From: Polyangiaceae bacterium
GTDB lineage: Bacteria; Myxococcota_A; Polyangia; Polyangiales; Polyangiaceae
NCBI GenBank assembly: GCA_965222375.1
Contig: CBDCTZ010000014.1
Location: forward strand, 672,001-736,000
Direction: 5' to 3'
Length of the DNA stretch: 64,000 nt
The notes under the pieces were generated by a model that did not search any database, was not told the origin of the DNA, and saw only the letters and a list, made by a program, of their open reading frames with translations. The stretch's first letter is position 1. Every line of letters begins with the position of its first letter. A program made the translations under genes and the position numbers. Below, in pieces: positions 50,833 to 61,141 of this stretch.

Positions 50833-52577
50833 GCGGGTCCTGTGGCGGTTTGCGGGAAGAGCAGATTGATGAATCGCTCGGCGGTCGGTTGGGGTTCGTG
50901 ATTGGCCAGCCCGGGACGCTCGTTGGCTTCGATGATGTAGTAGCGGGGTCCGTCGAGCTCCGGAACGATGAAATCAAGACCCACCACTGGGATGTCCAAG
51001 GCTTCGGCTGCGCGTTCTGCAGCTTGGATCAAGCGGGGATGGATCTCCGCGGTCACGTCGTGAATCGTGCCGCCCGTGTGCAGGTTCGCGGTTTTGCGGA
51101 CCAGGATCTTGGTGCCTGCCGGGAGAATGTCATCCAGGCCGTGTCCGGCCGCTTGAACACAGCGCACGGCCTCGTCATCCGTGGGGATCGTGCTCTCGCC
51201 CTCCGTGGCTGCGGCGCGGCGGCGACTCTGTTTTTCGATCAGCTGGCGCACCGTATGTTGCGCATCCCCGGTGATCTCCGGGGGGCGGCGCACGGCGGCC
51301 GCGACGACCTGAAAGTCGATGACGACGATGCGCAGGTCCTCGCCCTGCACCATCTGCTCGAGGATCACCGGAGCCTGGCCTTGAGCGGCCCGCTCCAAGC
51401 CGGCCTCCAACTCGGCTTCGGTGCGAATGTCGACGCACACGCCGTGGCCCTGCTCTCCCCGGGCGGGCTTGACTACGATGCGCTCGTGCATCTTCAGGAA
51501 TGCGAGATTCTCCTCCCGGGTTGTCGTTTCCATTTGGGCCGGCACGTTGAGCCGAGCCCCTTGAAGTACTTGCCGCGTGACGCGCTTGTCGTCACACCGG
51601 CTCATGGCGATCGCCGAGGTCAACTCCGAAAGGGACTCCCGACATACGATGGTTCTGCCGCCGAAGGTCAGAGCGAAGTAGCCCGCCTCCGCATTCAGCA
51701 CGTCGACGGCGATGCCCCGTCGGCGCGCCTCCTTGACGATCAATCCGGCGTAGGGGTTGAGCTCCTGTTCCGGAGGTTCCGCAATGAACAGCGCTTCGTT
51801 GATGGGGTTCTTGCGCTTGACGCAAAACACCGGGACCCGCACGAAACCGAGCTTCTCGTACAGGCGAATCGCCTGCTTGTTGTCGTGCAGCACGCTGAGG
51901 TCCAGAAACGCCCGTTCCCGGGTCGCGTAGTGCTCGAGCAGGTGCGACACCAACGCTTCGCCCACGCCCGGGTGCGTGGTTTGTGGATCGACCGCCAAGG
52001 CCCAAAGGCTCGAACCATTTTCTGGGTCTCCGAAGGCCTCGACATGATCGACCCCCGTGACCGTGCCGACGATTTCCCCAGTGTTCTTCTCTTCCGCAAC
52101 CAAGAACGTATGGGTGCGGCCGGCGCGATGCTCCCAGACGAACTCTTCGTCGATGGGCACCAACTGCCGACTCGCATAGATGCGCGCAATCGCCTCTACA
52201 TCAGACGTGGCGCTGATGCGTCTCACTCGAAAGCCGCGCAATCGCGCGGGTCGAGGTCGCAGCTGCTCAAGGTACATCCGAAAGGTGTGGGAAGGATCGA
52301 GGAACAGCTCTTGTGGGCAAAGGGCGATGACTACATGGGGGTCACTGACGTACAGAGCGATATCTCGAGCGCTTGGCCGCTCCAGGCGCAACTCCTCGAC
52401 CAGCTCTTCGCTGCTGACGAAGGTATGTCCGAAGATGAGCCGGCCCCAGCCACACTCGACGGTGACGTTCCTCTGCTCGGGCATGGCATCATCCCGGGAC
52501 TTCCAGGCGGCGCGGGTGGGTGCGGCATCTCGGTCCACGCGGGGATCCGGCGCGCGCCGGCGGGAATCGTTCTTCAT
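50829..52577 (-). CDS. ngg: N-acetylglutaminylglutamine synthetase (GNAT + ATP-grasp)
   Basis: CGWGRLIFGHTF, LFLDPSHT, GNAT SSLWALAVDP, ATP-grasp VVKPARGEQG, EANERPGLANH. Confidence 0.92.
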   Translation of the reverse strand: MKNDSRRRAPDPRVDRDAAPTRAAWKSRDDAMPEQRNVTVECGWGRLIFGHTFVSSEELVEELRLERPSARDIALYVSDPHVVIALCPQELFLDPSHTFRMYLEQLRPRPARLRGFRVRRISATSDVEAIARIYASRQLVPIDEEFVWEHRAGRTHTFLVAEEKNTGEIVGTVTGVDHVEAFGDPENGSSLWALAVDPQTTHPGVGEALVSHLLEHYATRERAFLDLSVLHDNKQAIRLYEKLGFVRVPVFCVKRKNPINEALFIAEPPEQELNPYAGLIVKEARRRGIAVDVLNAEAGYFALTFGGRTIVCRESLSELTSAIAMSRCDDKRVTRQVLQGARLNVPAQMETTTREENLAFLKMHERIVVKPARGEQGHGVCVDIRTEAELEAGLERAAQGQAPVILEQMVQGEDLRIVVIDFQVVAAAVRRPPEITGDAQHTVRQLIEKQSRRRAAATEGESTIPTDDEAVRCVQAAGHGLDDILPAGTKILVRKTANLHTGGTIHDVTAEIHPRLIQAAERAAEALDIPVVGLDFIVPELDGPRYYIIEANERPGLANHEPQPTAERFINLLFPQTATGPA

Positions 52578-52584
52578 TGCTCTG

Positions 52585-54357
52585 TCAGAGTCCTTGAGTC
52601 TCGAGCCACAGTTCGAGCAGTGCCAGCTGCCAAAGCTTGGAGCCCCGCAGTGGCGTCAGATGAGCGTCGGGGTCCTTCAAGAGACCAGCCACGTAGCCCT
52701 GCTGAAACCAGCCTCGCTGCTTGAAGCGGTCCCCGGTGACTGCGTCTCGCACCAACTCCAAGAACGGCCCCCGCAAATACTTGAGTGCTGGCACCGGGAA
52801 ATATCCCTTGGGACGGTCGATGACTTCCGCAGGGATCACCCGGCGCGACGCCTCTTTGAGCACGTATTTACCGTCACCTTCGACCTTGAGTTCGGCTGGT
52901 ATGCGCGCTGCGAGCTCGACGACTTCATGATCCAGGAAGGGTACCCGCGCCTCCAGGCCGAAAGCCATGGTCATGTTGTCCACTCGCTTGACCGGATCGT
53001 CCACGAGCATGACGGTCGTGTCGATCCGCAGCGCCTTGTCGACCGCGCGTGAGGCGCCGGGATGAGCAAAGTGGTCCTGCACGAACTGCCGACTCGCGTC
53101 CTGCGCCAGCACGTCCGGTGACAGCAGCTGCGCCATTTCCGCTTGGTCCCGGTCGAGGAACACCCGCGCGTAGTCGCTGACCGCGTCCTGGCTTTTCAAC
53201 AGCGGCGGGTACCAATGGTAGCCGGCAAAGATCTCGTCAGCGCCTTGGCCACTCTGCACCACCTTGACGTATTTTTTCACTTCCTCGGACAGCAGGTAGA
53301 AGCCGATGTTGTCGTGGCTGACCATCGGTTCGCTCATTTGCTGAATGCAGCGCTGAAGGCTGGGCAGGGCGCGGGCCGAATCGACGAAGATCTTGTGATG
53401 GGTCGTGGCGAAACGCTCAGCAACGATGTCCGAGTACTGGAACTCGTCTCCGCGCTCTTGCCCCACGGTTTCGAAGCCGATGGAGAACGTTTCCAGGCCT
53501 TTCTGACCCGCTTCAGCAAGCAGGCCGACTACCAAGCTGGAGTCGAGCCCGCCGGAGAGCAATACGCCAACGGGCACGTCAGCCACGAGTCGACGCTTGA
53601 CCGCATCGCGCAGGCACGCGAGTACGCGCTCCTGCCAGTCTTCGAAGGAGAGCTTGGCCTCCTCGGGTCGTGGATTGAATACTGGCTCCCAATAGCGGCG
53701 CTCTTCGCGACTGCCGTCGGCACGGACGCGTAGCAGCGATGCCGGAGGGAGCTTCTTCACGCCCCGCAGTAGGGTGCGTGGCGGCGGGACAACCGAGTGG
53801 AAGCTCAGGTAGTGGTGCAGCCCCACGGTATCCACGCGAGTGTCCACGCCACCGGCGGCCACGAGAGCCGGCAGCGTCGAGGCGAAGCGCAGCCCCCCGT
53901 CCACCTCGGCGAAGTACATCGGCTTGATCCCGAGGCGGTCGCGGCCTAGCAGCACTTCGCCGCTGTCTCGCTCGACGATGGCGAAGGCAAACATGCCCTG
54001 TAGCCTGTCCACGAAGCTGTCGCCAAACGCGTGATAGGCCTTGAGGATGACCTCCGTGTCGCCTTGGGAAAAGAAGCGGTAGCCCTTGCCCTCCAGTTCC
54101 TGGCGCAACTCGCGGTAGTTGTAGATTGCGCCGTTGTAGACGATGGCGAGCCCGAGTTCCGAGTCCACCATCGGTTGGCGCGCGCTCTCACTCAGGTCGA
54201 TGATCTTGAGGCGGCGGTGTCCAAGAGCAACCCGGCCATAGGCGGCCAGCCCCGATGCATCCGGTCCTCGCGGCGAAAGGACGTGCATTATCTCGTCCAC
54301 GGCTTCTAGGGAGGGCCGCTGCCCATCGAAGCGAATCTCGCCGCATATTCCACACAC
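52585..54357 (-). CDS. asnO: N-acetylglutaminylglutamine amidotransferase (AsnB-like)
   Basis: GTG-CGICGE with AGGAGG RBS; RGPD, HRRLKIIDL, LLSGGLDSS, SGQGADE; operon context. Confidence 0.9.
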   Translation of the reverse strand: MCGICGEIRFDGQRPSLEAVDEIMHVLSPRGPDASGLAAYGRVALGHRRLKIIDLSESARQPMVDSELGLAIVYNGAIYNYRELRQELEGKGYRFFSQGDTEVILKAYHAFGDSFVDRLQGMFAFAIVERDSGEVLLGRDRLGIKPMYFAEVDGGLRFASTLPALVAAGGVDTRVDTVGLHHYLSFHSVVPPPRTLLRGVKKLPPASLLRVRADGSREERRYWEPVFNPRPEEAKLSFEDWQERVLACLRDAVKRRLVADVPVGVLLSGGLDSSLVVGLLAEAGQKGLETFSIGFETVGQERGDEFQYSDIVAERFATTHHKIFVDSARALPSLQRCIQQMSEPMVSHDNIGFYLLSEEVKKYVKVVQSGQGADEIFAGYHWYPPLLKSQDAVSDYARVFLDRDQAEMAQLLSPDVLAQDASRQFVQDHFAHPGASRAVDKALRIDTTVMLVDDPVKRVDNMTMAFGLEARVPFLDHEVVELAARIPAELKVEGDGKYVLKEASRRVIPAEVIDRPKGYFPVPALKYLRGPFLELVRDAVTGDRFKQRGWFQQGYVAGLLKDPDAHLTPLRGSKLWQLALLELWLETQGL

Positions 54358-54491
54358 GCGATGCTGCCTCCTGTGCCGCGCGCTATCACGCGCGACGTCA
54401 GCGATTGCCGCAGGTGCGCTGGCGCGCGGACGGCGCTTGAGGGCGGGTCTATACCAACCCACTCAGAGAGTGTCCAGGCGGCGGGAGGCTG

Positions 54492-55295
54492 CTAATTCGG
54501 CGGATTTATCTGGGCCTCGATGAGGGCGTAGAGGCGCTGACGCATTGGTGCGCTGATGCTGTGGCCGACGTCCGAGAAGCCTTCGAACTCGGCTGCGTAT
54601 CCCGCTGCTTTCATGCCCGCGATCGCCTCCGCCGCCGCGTCGCCGCTCACAAGCGGATCGACGTGTCCGTGAAGGGCGACGACTTTGGGCGGTCGCTTCG
54701 CAGCCAGACTCTTCGAGACGGGCGCCTTCGGGAGCAATGCTTTGGGGAGCAACCCGCCAACGGGAAACGCCGCGCCCACGACTTCGGCATGTTGCGCCGC
54801 GATCGTGAAGCTCAGCATGCCCCCTTGGGAAAAGCCCGTGACGATGGGGCGACCTCGGGTCGGGTGCTGTTTTTGCAGGGCTTGGATCTCTTTTGCGACC
54901 ATCGCTGCTGGCGCGCGGAGCGCCGTGGCTCGTTCGTCATCGCTTGCGTTGGCACGAAACGGAAACCAGGAAAAGCCATTCGAGTAGGGAGTAGGCGCGC
55001 GTAGCATCACAAAACGCGCCGGCAGGGAGAATCCAGAAAACAGGTTCGCGAAGCTCTCTGGGCGGTCGCCCAGGCCGTGCAACGCCACGATAAGGGGGAG
55101 TCGATCGGTGGCTTTCGCGTTGCCCGTGATTCGATGCACGGCTTGCAGGCGCGTGCTGGGCCGGGCGGATGGCGCCGCGCTCGGTGTCGTGGCTGCGGCT
55201 CGTCGCTGGCGTGCTTCGGGCTCGCCGGTGCGGTCGCAGGCGACGGCTCCGGCAAAGACGGCAACCCAACTCAAAGTCAGCGCACGTCGCAACAT
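54492..55295 (-). CDS. Phospholipase/carboxylesterase lipoprotein
   Basis: Lipobox AVAC; LHGLGD, GFSQGG, HGHVD, VGHSIS. Confidence 0.88.
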   Translation of the reverse strand: MLRRALTLSWVAVFAGAVACDRTGEPEARQRRAAATTPSAAPSARPSTRLQAVHRITGNAKATDRLPLIVALHGLGDRPESFANLFSGFSLPARFVMLRAPTPYSNGFSWFPFRANASDDERATALRAPAAMVAKEIQALQKQHPTRGRPIVTGFSQGGMLSFTIAAQHAEVVGAAFPVGGLLPKALLPKAPVSKSLAAKRPPKVVALHGHVDPLVSGDAAAEAIAGMKAAGYAAEFEGFSDVGHSISAPMRQRLYALIEAQINPPN

Positions 55296-55490
55296 TCGCT
55301 CCGATTCAAGCACGGATTCGTCGCAGCTGCTGATTGTCAAGCATCAGGAACCCGACCGGTAGAAGGCTTGGGCGGCGCGGGAACGATTTCGTCTGTGAGG
55401 CGGAATAATCGCCCATTGCTCGTCATCGAACGGTTGCAGGTTTCGTGAAACCGCGGATGCGCTACAATCGTTGTCGAAGGAGTCTTTGCT

Positions 55491-56705
55491 TTGCGCATTC
55501 GCCGAATCTTCGAGCTGGGGGGACTTTGCCTTGCGCTGGGCTGTAGCAGTTCAGAGTCGAGCGAGGGCTTCCAGCCAGCCGGAGGAGGCACGGCGCTAGG
55601 CGGAAACGCGGGCCTCGGCGGTTCTGGCGGCGTCTTACCCAGCGGTGGCGGCGTTGGCAACGTCAGTAGTGGCGGCGTTGGTAATGTTGGTAGCGGTGGG
55701 ACGCCCGCTGGGGGCAGTGGTGGGCAAAGCGGGAGCGGCGGCGCTGCAGGCACGCCGGGCTGCGCGCCCATGCCGAAGTGCGATGGCCCCCTGCCCAGCG
55801 TGGGCCCTAAACGCCCATGGAAGGACCCGGTTGGGTCTGGGCTCATCGTACTGACGGGCTTCGACAATCACCGCGGTCGGGACATGGTCCTGACCGAAAT
55901 CGAGGAGCAGTGGGTCATCGGAAAGTTCGCCTACGGCGTGATCGACAAAGACCTCAAAGGGGAGGAAGTCGACATTTGGCTCAACCGGGACTGCGGTGCG
56001 AACTGGGAGAAGCTCGGGACCGCCCTGACCACCAAGACCGATGGGCAGCACCCGACAGTGATGGGCGTGACGGACAGCGGCGGTCGCGTCTACTTCAAGA
56101 TCCCCGCCGCAAAACGACTCGGCGTGGGGCGGCACCGCTTTCGATTGGTCGTGGCTGGCGACCTCAGTGGCGCCGACATGTACATCGAAGTCGTGCCGAA
56201 GGGCACCCACTACTTCGTCACCGACGTCGACGGCACGCTCACGACCAAAGAGACCGAGGAGTACAACGCGCTGTTGACGGCGAGCGTGTCGGATTCGAAC
56301 GTCGACGCGGCCAAGGCGCTGTCTCTGCTAGCTTCGAGAGGCTACCGGCCGATGTACTTGACCGCGAGACCCGAGTTTCTCGTGGGCCGCACCCGGGAGT
56401 TCATCAAGAAGCACGGTTACCCACTGGGGGTGGTTCGAACCACGACTGGCTTGGGTGCGTTGGGCTCGGCGGCGGTCGGATTCAAGCGGCCCGAGATAGA
56501 CGCCCTCATCAGCAACGGGTTCATCGTGGATTGGGGCTTCGGCAATACGGATTCCGACGCAGAAGCGTTCTTCTTGGCCAATCTGCAACCCGCCAATCAA
56601 CGCGTCATGTTCCAGTACACGGATAGCGCGCATGGGGCTCGGCGCATCGAGGCGTACACCGAGCTTCTGAGCGAATTCGGCGCATTGCCGAATCTATGCC
56701 CGTAG
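55491..56705 (+). CDS. Lipoprotein with LNS2/PITP-type HAD domain
   Basis: Lipobox ALGC; NHRGRD, GKFAYG..DKDLKGEEV, TDSGGR, TDVDGTLT, YLTARP, GFGNTDSD. Confidence 0.78.
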   Translation: MRIRRIFELGGLCLALGCSSSESSEGFQPAGGGTALGGNAGLGGSGGVLPSGGGVGNVSSGGVGNVGSGGTPAGGSGGQSGSGGAAGTPGCAPMPKCDGPLPSVGPKRPWKDPVGSGLIVLTGFDNHRGRDMVLTEIEEQWVIGKFAYGVIDKDLKGEEVDIWLNRDCGANWEKLGTALTTKTDGQHPTVMGVTDSGGRVYFKIPAAKRLGVGRHRFRLVVAGDLSGADMYIEVVPKGTHYFVTDVDGTLTTKETEEYNALLTASVSDSNVDAAKALSLLASRGYRPMYLTARPEFLVGRTREFIKKHGYPLGVVRTTTGLGALGSAAVGFKRPEIDALISNGFIVDWGFGNTDSDAEAFFLANLQPANQRVMFQYTDSAHGARRIEAYTELLSEFGALPNLCP

Positions 56706-56766
56706 AACTCGAATACCCGGCCCTCCAGGGGTCGCGCTGGGCTCTTGGGAGCCTTACGTTGTTCTC

Positions 56767-57921
56767 ATGCGTTGGTCCCTGACGGTCGCGCGCGTTCGCG
56801 GCATCGACATCAAGGTTCACGCTACGTTTGTCTTTCTGCTGCTGTTGGGCGCGGTCCAATGGGGCGTGCCTCACGGACTATCTGGGGCGGTTTTTGGAGC
56901 GTTGCTCCTGTTGGTGGTGTTCGCCTGTGTGGCCTTGCACGAGCTGGGACATAGCGTCGTGGCGCAGAGTGTCGGCGTCCAAGTGCGCGAGATCCTGCTT
57001 TTGCCCATCGGCGGCGTCGCGCGGCTCACCCGTGACCCTTCTCGGCCATGGCACGAGCTGCTGATCGCCATGGCGGGTCCGCTGGTCAACGTCGTCCTGG
57101 CGATCGGGGTCTTCGTCTCGGGACGTGTGCTGCTTGGGCCGGCTTGGTTCGACGAGGGGCTCTGGTATTCAGGCCTGCTACTGCCGCCCTCGGGCGTGAC
57201 CTTCCTGGCTTCTCTGCTGTGGGCCAACGTCGGCTTGGCGGTCTTCAACATGTTTCCAGCGCTGCCCATGGACGGTGGCCGAGTGCTGCGCGCCGTGCTG
57301 GCGATGGCGGTGGGCCAGCTCCGGGCGACCATCGTTGCCGCTGGGATCGGGCGCGCGCTGGCGCTGGTTCTCGGCATCTTCGGACTCTTCGCGCAAAACC
57401 CGATTCTGGTCTTGATCGCGGCGTTCGTGTTTTTTGCCGCAGGGCGCGAACGGCAAGCCGTCGAAGCCAAGGCGTGGCTGTCCAGCCTCACGCCGCGTGC
57501 GGTTTGCGAGCCAGAGCTGCCGGTGCTCGAACCGGGGGCGACTCTAGGCGCAGCGGCCGCGGTTGCCATGCGTACGGCGTCATCGGTGTTCGCGGTCACG
57601 CTTGGAGAAAGCGTGGTTGGCGCCATCTCTCGAACCCAAATTGCCAGTGCCCTCGAACGTCGGGGGCCTCATGCTTATGTGGCCGAGGTGATGACGCGCC
57701 AGCTCCTGACGGCATCCGCGGATGACTCGTTGTTGGAAGTGCATCACTCAATGATGCTGAGCGGGCAGCCGGTCCTGATCCTTGATGGCCACCAGGTCAT
57801 CGGAATCATTGGTCAGGACGAGATTGGGCGCGTGCTTGCCCTGTCGCGTCACGTTTCCCGCTTTGGGCGAAAGGCGCGGGCACCGTCAGTACCTGCGGTG
57901 AAACGCAGTCGCGTACCGTAG
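56767..57921 (+). CDS. Site-2 protease (M50) with CBS domains
   Basis: LHELGH, AGPLVN, FNMFPALPMDGGR; C-terminal CBS-like pair. Confidence 0.92.
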   Translation: MRWSLTVARVRGIDIKVHATFVFLLLLGAVQWGVPHGLSGAVFGALLLLVVFACVALHELGHSVVAQSVGVQVREILLLPIGGVARLTRDPSRPWHELLIAMAGPLVNVVLAIGVFVSGRVLLGPAWFDEGLWYSGLLLPPSGVTFLASLLWANVGLAVFNMFPALPMDGGRVLRAVLAMAVGQLRATIVAAGIGRALALVLGIFGLFAQNPILVLIAAFVFFAAGRERQAVEAKAWLSSLTPRAVCEPELPVLEPGATLGAAAAVAMRTASSVFAVTLGESVVGAISRTQIASALERRGPHAYVAEVMTRQLLTASADDSLLEVHHSMMLSGQPVLILDGHQVIGIIGQDEIGRVLALSRHVSRFGRKARAPSVPAVKRSRVP

Positions 57922-57931
57922 CGCGGGAGCC

Positions 57932-58756
57932 ATGAGCCCTTCTGCGCCCAAGCTGTCGCGTCGTACGTTGCTCTTTGGCGCGGCCTCGTTGCCAGTGGTG
58001 GCGGCGTTGGATGCCTTTGGCATCGAGCCACGCTGGCTCGACGTCACGAGGCACGACGTGCCGGTCCCGAGTTTGCCCAGCTCCATGCAAGGCCTAACCA
58101 TCGCTCAGCTCACGGACGTTCATCTGTCTTCGCTGGGCAGCCTCGAACACAGCGTGGTCGAGGCCCTGCGCGCCGCCAGCCCGCAGATCGTCGTACTCAC
58201 CGGGGACGCCATAGATAGTGCCGACAAGCTTCCCGTGCTCGCGCAGCTGGCTGCGGAACTCGCCTCCACCGGCGCGCGGCTTTTTGGCCTGGCGGGCAAT
58301 TGGGAGCATTGGGGCAAGATCGCCTTGGGCGCCCTGGCGCTGACCTACAAGAAGGCAGGTGGCGAGCTGTTGGTCAACGAGTCGGTTAGCGTGCACGGCG
58401 TGAGCATCGCTGGCACCGACGATGGTTTGGCCGGGCGACCCGATTTCGCGCGGGTGTTTGGTGATACTCGGCGCGAAGCGTCGCTCCTCTTGACCCATAG
58501 CCCTGCATTGCTCGACACCGCTCCGACCGACGCACCGCGCTTTGCCTTGGCCCTGGCCGGGCATACCCACGGTGGTCAGGGGCGCATCGGTCCCTTTGCG
58601 CCCCTGGTCCCGCCCGGAAGCGGGCGCTTCGTTGCGGGCTTCTACGAGACGCGGTTGGGTCGCGCCTACGTGAGCCGAGGGCTGGGCACGAGCGTGTTGC
58701 CGGCACGGTTCGCTTGTCGCCCCGAGCTTCCGATTTTCCGTCTGGTGCGGGGCTAG
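57932..58756 (+). CDS. Metallophosphoesterase (YkuE-like), Tat-like signal
   Basis: SRRTLL; TDVH, TGD, GNWE, AGHTHGGQ, VSRGLG. Confidence 0.9.
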   Translation: MSPSAPKLSRRTLLFGAASLPVVAALDAFGIEPRWLDVTRHDVPVPSLPSSMQGLTIAQLTDVHLSSLGSLEHSVVEALRAASPQIVVLTGDAIDSADKLPVLAQLAAELASTGARLFGLAGNWEHWGKIALGALALTYKKAGGELLVNESVSVHGVSIAGTDDGLAGRPDFARVFGDTRREASLLLTHSPALLDTAPTDAPRFALALAGHTHGGQGRIGPFAPLVPPGSGRFVAGFYETRLGRAYVSRGLGTSVLPARFACRPELPIFRLVRG

Positions 58757-58811
58757 GCGCATTCGAGCAGAGGCTGGCGCTTCTGCTGTCGTCGTGTAAG
58801 TTCCCTGCGTC

Positions 58812-59435
58812 ATGAGCGACAGCAGCGAGCCGGGAGCAGGGCGCCGCCACCGTGCCGAAGGGCTGCTCCAGGCGCCCACCGGGCAGCGCTGGGCGGCAGT
58901 GGCTGCAGACGACCTGGACGCAACCCTCGCGGACCATGCCCATTGCGAGAAGAAGGCGTCGGCAAGCGCCATCGCACTGATCAACGACTACCCGGACGAC
59001 GCCGAGTTGGTGACCGCGCTGTGTCGCTTGGCGGAAGAAGAGATCGGGCATTTTCGCCAAGTGCACGAGCGCCTGCTCGCGCGACGGGCCGTGCTCGGTC
59101 GAGACGCGGGCGACCCCTACGCGCGTGCACTGCTGGCTCTGGTGCGGCGCCCCAACGACGAACGCAAGCTCGATCGCCTGCTGGTGTGCGCACTGATTGA
59201 AGCGCGTTCTTGCGAGCGGTTTCGCTTGCTACGCGAAGAGCTCGAGCGCCGCGGGCAGACCGAGTTGGCCACGTGGTTTCGCAGCCTGGAAGGCAGCGAA
59301 GCGGGGCACGCGACCCTCTTCGTCAAGCTGGCGGAAGATCGTTTTGGCGACGCCGCGAGCAGCCGGCTCACGGAGCTCGCGGAAAGAGAAGCCCAAATCG
59401 TTGCCGCTCTTCCAACGGTCGCTCGAGTGCACTAG
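58812..59435 (+). CDS. miaE: tRNA-(ms2io6A37) hydroxylase
   Basis: DHAHCEKKA, EEIGHF, LIEARSCERF, SEAGH di-iron motifs. Confidence 0.92.
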   Translation: MSDSSEPGAGRRHRAEGLLQAPTGQRWAAVAADDLDATLADHAHCEKKASASAIALINDYPDDAELVTALCRLAEEEIGHFRQVHERLLARRAVLGRDAGDPYARALLALVRRPNDERKLDRLLVCALIEARSCERFRLLREELERRGQTELATWFRSLEGSEAGHATLFVKLAEDRFGDAASSRLTELAEREAQIVAALPTVARVH

Positions 59436-59443
59436 CTGGCCTC

Positions 59444-61093
59444 TCAGACCCGGCTCGCCACCGTCAGCTGGAGGTTGTCAATGGGTTCGGGTGCCTGCCG
59501 CGCTCGGAGTAAAGCCGGCTGGTGCCGCTTCCACCAAGCCTGGGCAAGTTCGTCGGTCCAAACTGCCGAGAGCTGTAGCGCATCGAGGCGGCGCACGAGC
59601 TCCTCTGCACTCGCGGGTCGCTCCGAAGGCTTTTTCGACAGGCACTGCAACAAGAGGCTTTCGAGATCTTCGGGTATTTCGCGATCGAGGCGGCGGGAGG
59701 GACGTTCCGGCTCCGTGTGAAGGTGATGAGCGCAAACCTCGACCACGCTTTCGGAGGGAAATACATCGACTCCGCTAATCAACAGGTAGCCCACCGCACC
59801 CAGGGAATAGAGATCGGAACGTTCCGTCATCGCATTCGGATCTCGAATCACTTCCGGTGCCATATACAAGGGCGAGCCAACCAGACGGTCCCGGCGGGTG
59901 ATGGTCGCGTCGTCGTCCCGGTGGCTTGGTCGGGCCAACCCGAAATCCAGCAGCTTGACAGCGTCGTGGTCGACGCCACGCCGGGTCAGCATGATGTTGG
60001 CCGGCTTGACGTCACGATGGATCAGGCCGACTTCATGGGCCTCTTGGAGTGCACTTGCGGCTTGTTTGAGTATGCGAACCACGCGCGCGGGGGGTTGGGC
60101 GCCGTCCACGTCGACAATTTCTGCGAGGGTAGCGCCATCGAGGTATTCCATCGCGTAGTAGAAGACCCCGTCATCGGTGCGGCCGTAGTCGTAGACCGTG
60201 ATGGTATTCGGATGGGTGAGCTCCGCGGTGAGCTGCACCTCTGACTCGAAACGCGCGACTGCGTCTTCAGTGAAATGATCTTGAGGAAGGAGCTTGATCG
60301 CGGTCGGACGCCTTAGGCGGGAGTGGCTCGCGCGGTACACCACACCCATGCCGCCCTCGCCGATTTTCTCCACAAGTGTGTACTGGCCAAGTCGCTGAGC
60401 ATCCCGCACCTCGCGTCGCAGGCCATAGATGACGACCGACGTTGCGACGCACGCTGCGGTGACGACGGCCCACCAGATCCCGAAGCTAACCACGTCTCCT
60501 GTCAGGCTAGGCGTTGCTCGCAGTGCAAGCTGGCCACCAGTCGCCGGGGCAACAAATGCCGGCACGAGCACATAGGGCAGCCCGAGAACGCCGGTGACAA
60601 AGAGCGTGAACACAGGCGGCGACGGGATAACGGCCGCGCGGAAGGCGAAGATGATGGCCCCCCCCAGCATCATCAGCGTGCTCGTGTAGATGTCGACAAG
60701 CCCGGCCTCAGCTGCTGACGCTGGGAGCGAACTGCCTTGGCTGGCGACCATTTCGGGCAAGAGTTGAACCGCGAGGAAACGGCCGAGCAGAGCGACGAAC
60801 ACTGTAGTCAATCCAGCGACGCCGGCGTCGATCGCGCGCAGCCACCGGATGGAGTGCTCTCCCCGGGAGCAGACCAACCACATCGCTGCCATCAACACCA
60901 TGACCGCGTGATCGAGAAACCAGGCTAGACTGAAAGGGTCTGCTGGAGTTCCGGTTGCGATGCTGACGGCGGTACTCGCTACCGAGAGGAAGAATGCCCA
61001 CTTGGCGAATTGCGCCAGGCGCTGCTGGAGAAACGCTCGCTCCTGCTCATCGTGCGGCTTTGCGCTCTCCGGGCCTAGCACTGCGAAAGTCAT
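59444..61093 (-). CDS. Ser/Thr protein kinase with N-terminal multi-TM region
   Basis: [31 protein letters not shown]; same architecture as 28857-30410. Confidence 0.94.
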   Translation of the reverse strand: MTFAVLGPESAKPHDEQERAFLQQRLAQFAKWAFFLSVASTAVSIATGTPADPFSLAWFLDHAVMVLMAAMWLVCSRGEHSIRWLRAIDAGVAGLTTVFVALLGRFLAVQLLPEMVASQGSSLPASAAEAGLVDIYTSTLMMLGGAIIFAFRAAVIPSPPVFTLFVTGVLGLPYVLVPAFVAPATGGQLALRATPSLTGDVVSFGIWWAVVTAACVATSVVIYGLRREVRDAQRLGQYTLVEKIGEGGMGVVYRASHSRLRRPTAIKLLPQDHFTEDAVARFESEVQLTAELTHPNTITVYDYGRTDDGVFYYAMEYLDGATLAEIVDVDGAQPPARVVRILKQAASALQEAHEVGLIHRDVKPANIMLTRRGVDHDAVKLLDFGLARPSHRDDDATITRRDRLVGSPLYMAPEVIRDPNAMTERSDLYSLGAVGYLLISGVDVFPSESVVEVCAHHLHTEPERPSRRLDREIPEDLESLLLQCLSKKPSERPASAEELVRRLDALQLSAVWTDELAQAWWKRHQPALLRARQAPEPIDNLQLTVASRV

Positions 61094-61141
61094 AGACGAC
61101 TTGCATGGTTGCGACAATGCTCTCAGCGGTGGTCTGACCGC

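Noticed and set aside
50850..52724. Long antisense or alternate-frame ORFs (also 8935-10143, 1696-3009, 15225-16478, and the 5' extension 30403-31299 of sdhA)
   Set aside because: Shadows of real genes caused by GC3 bias; no recognisable motifs.
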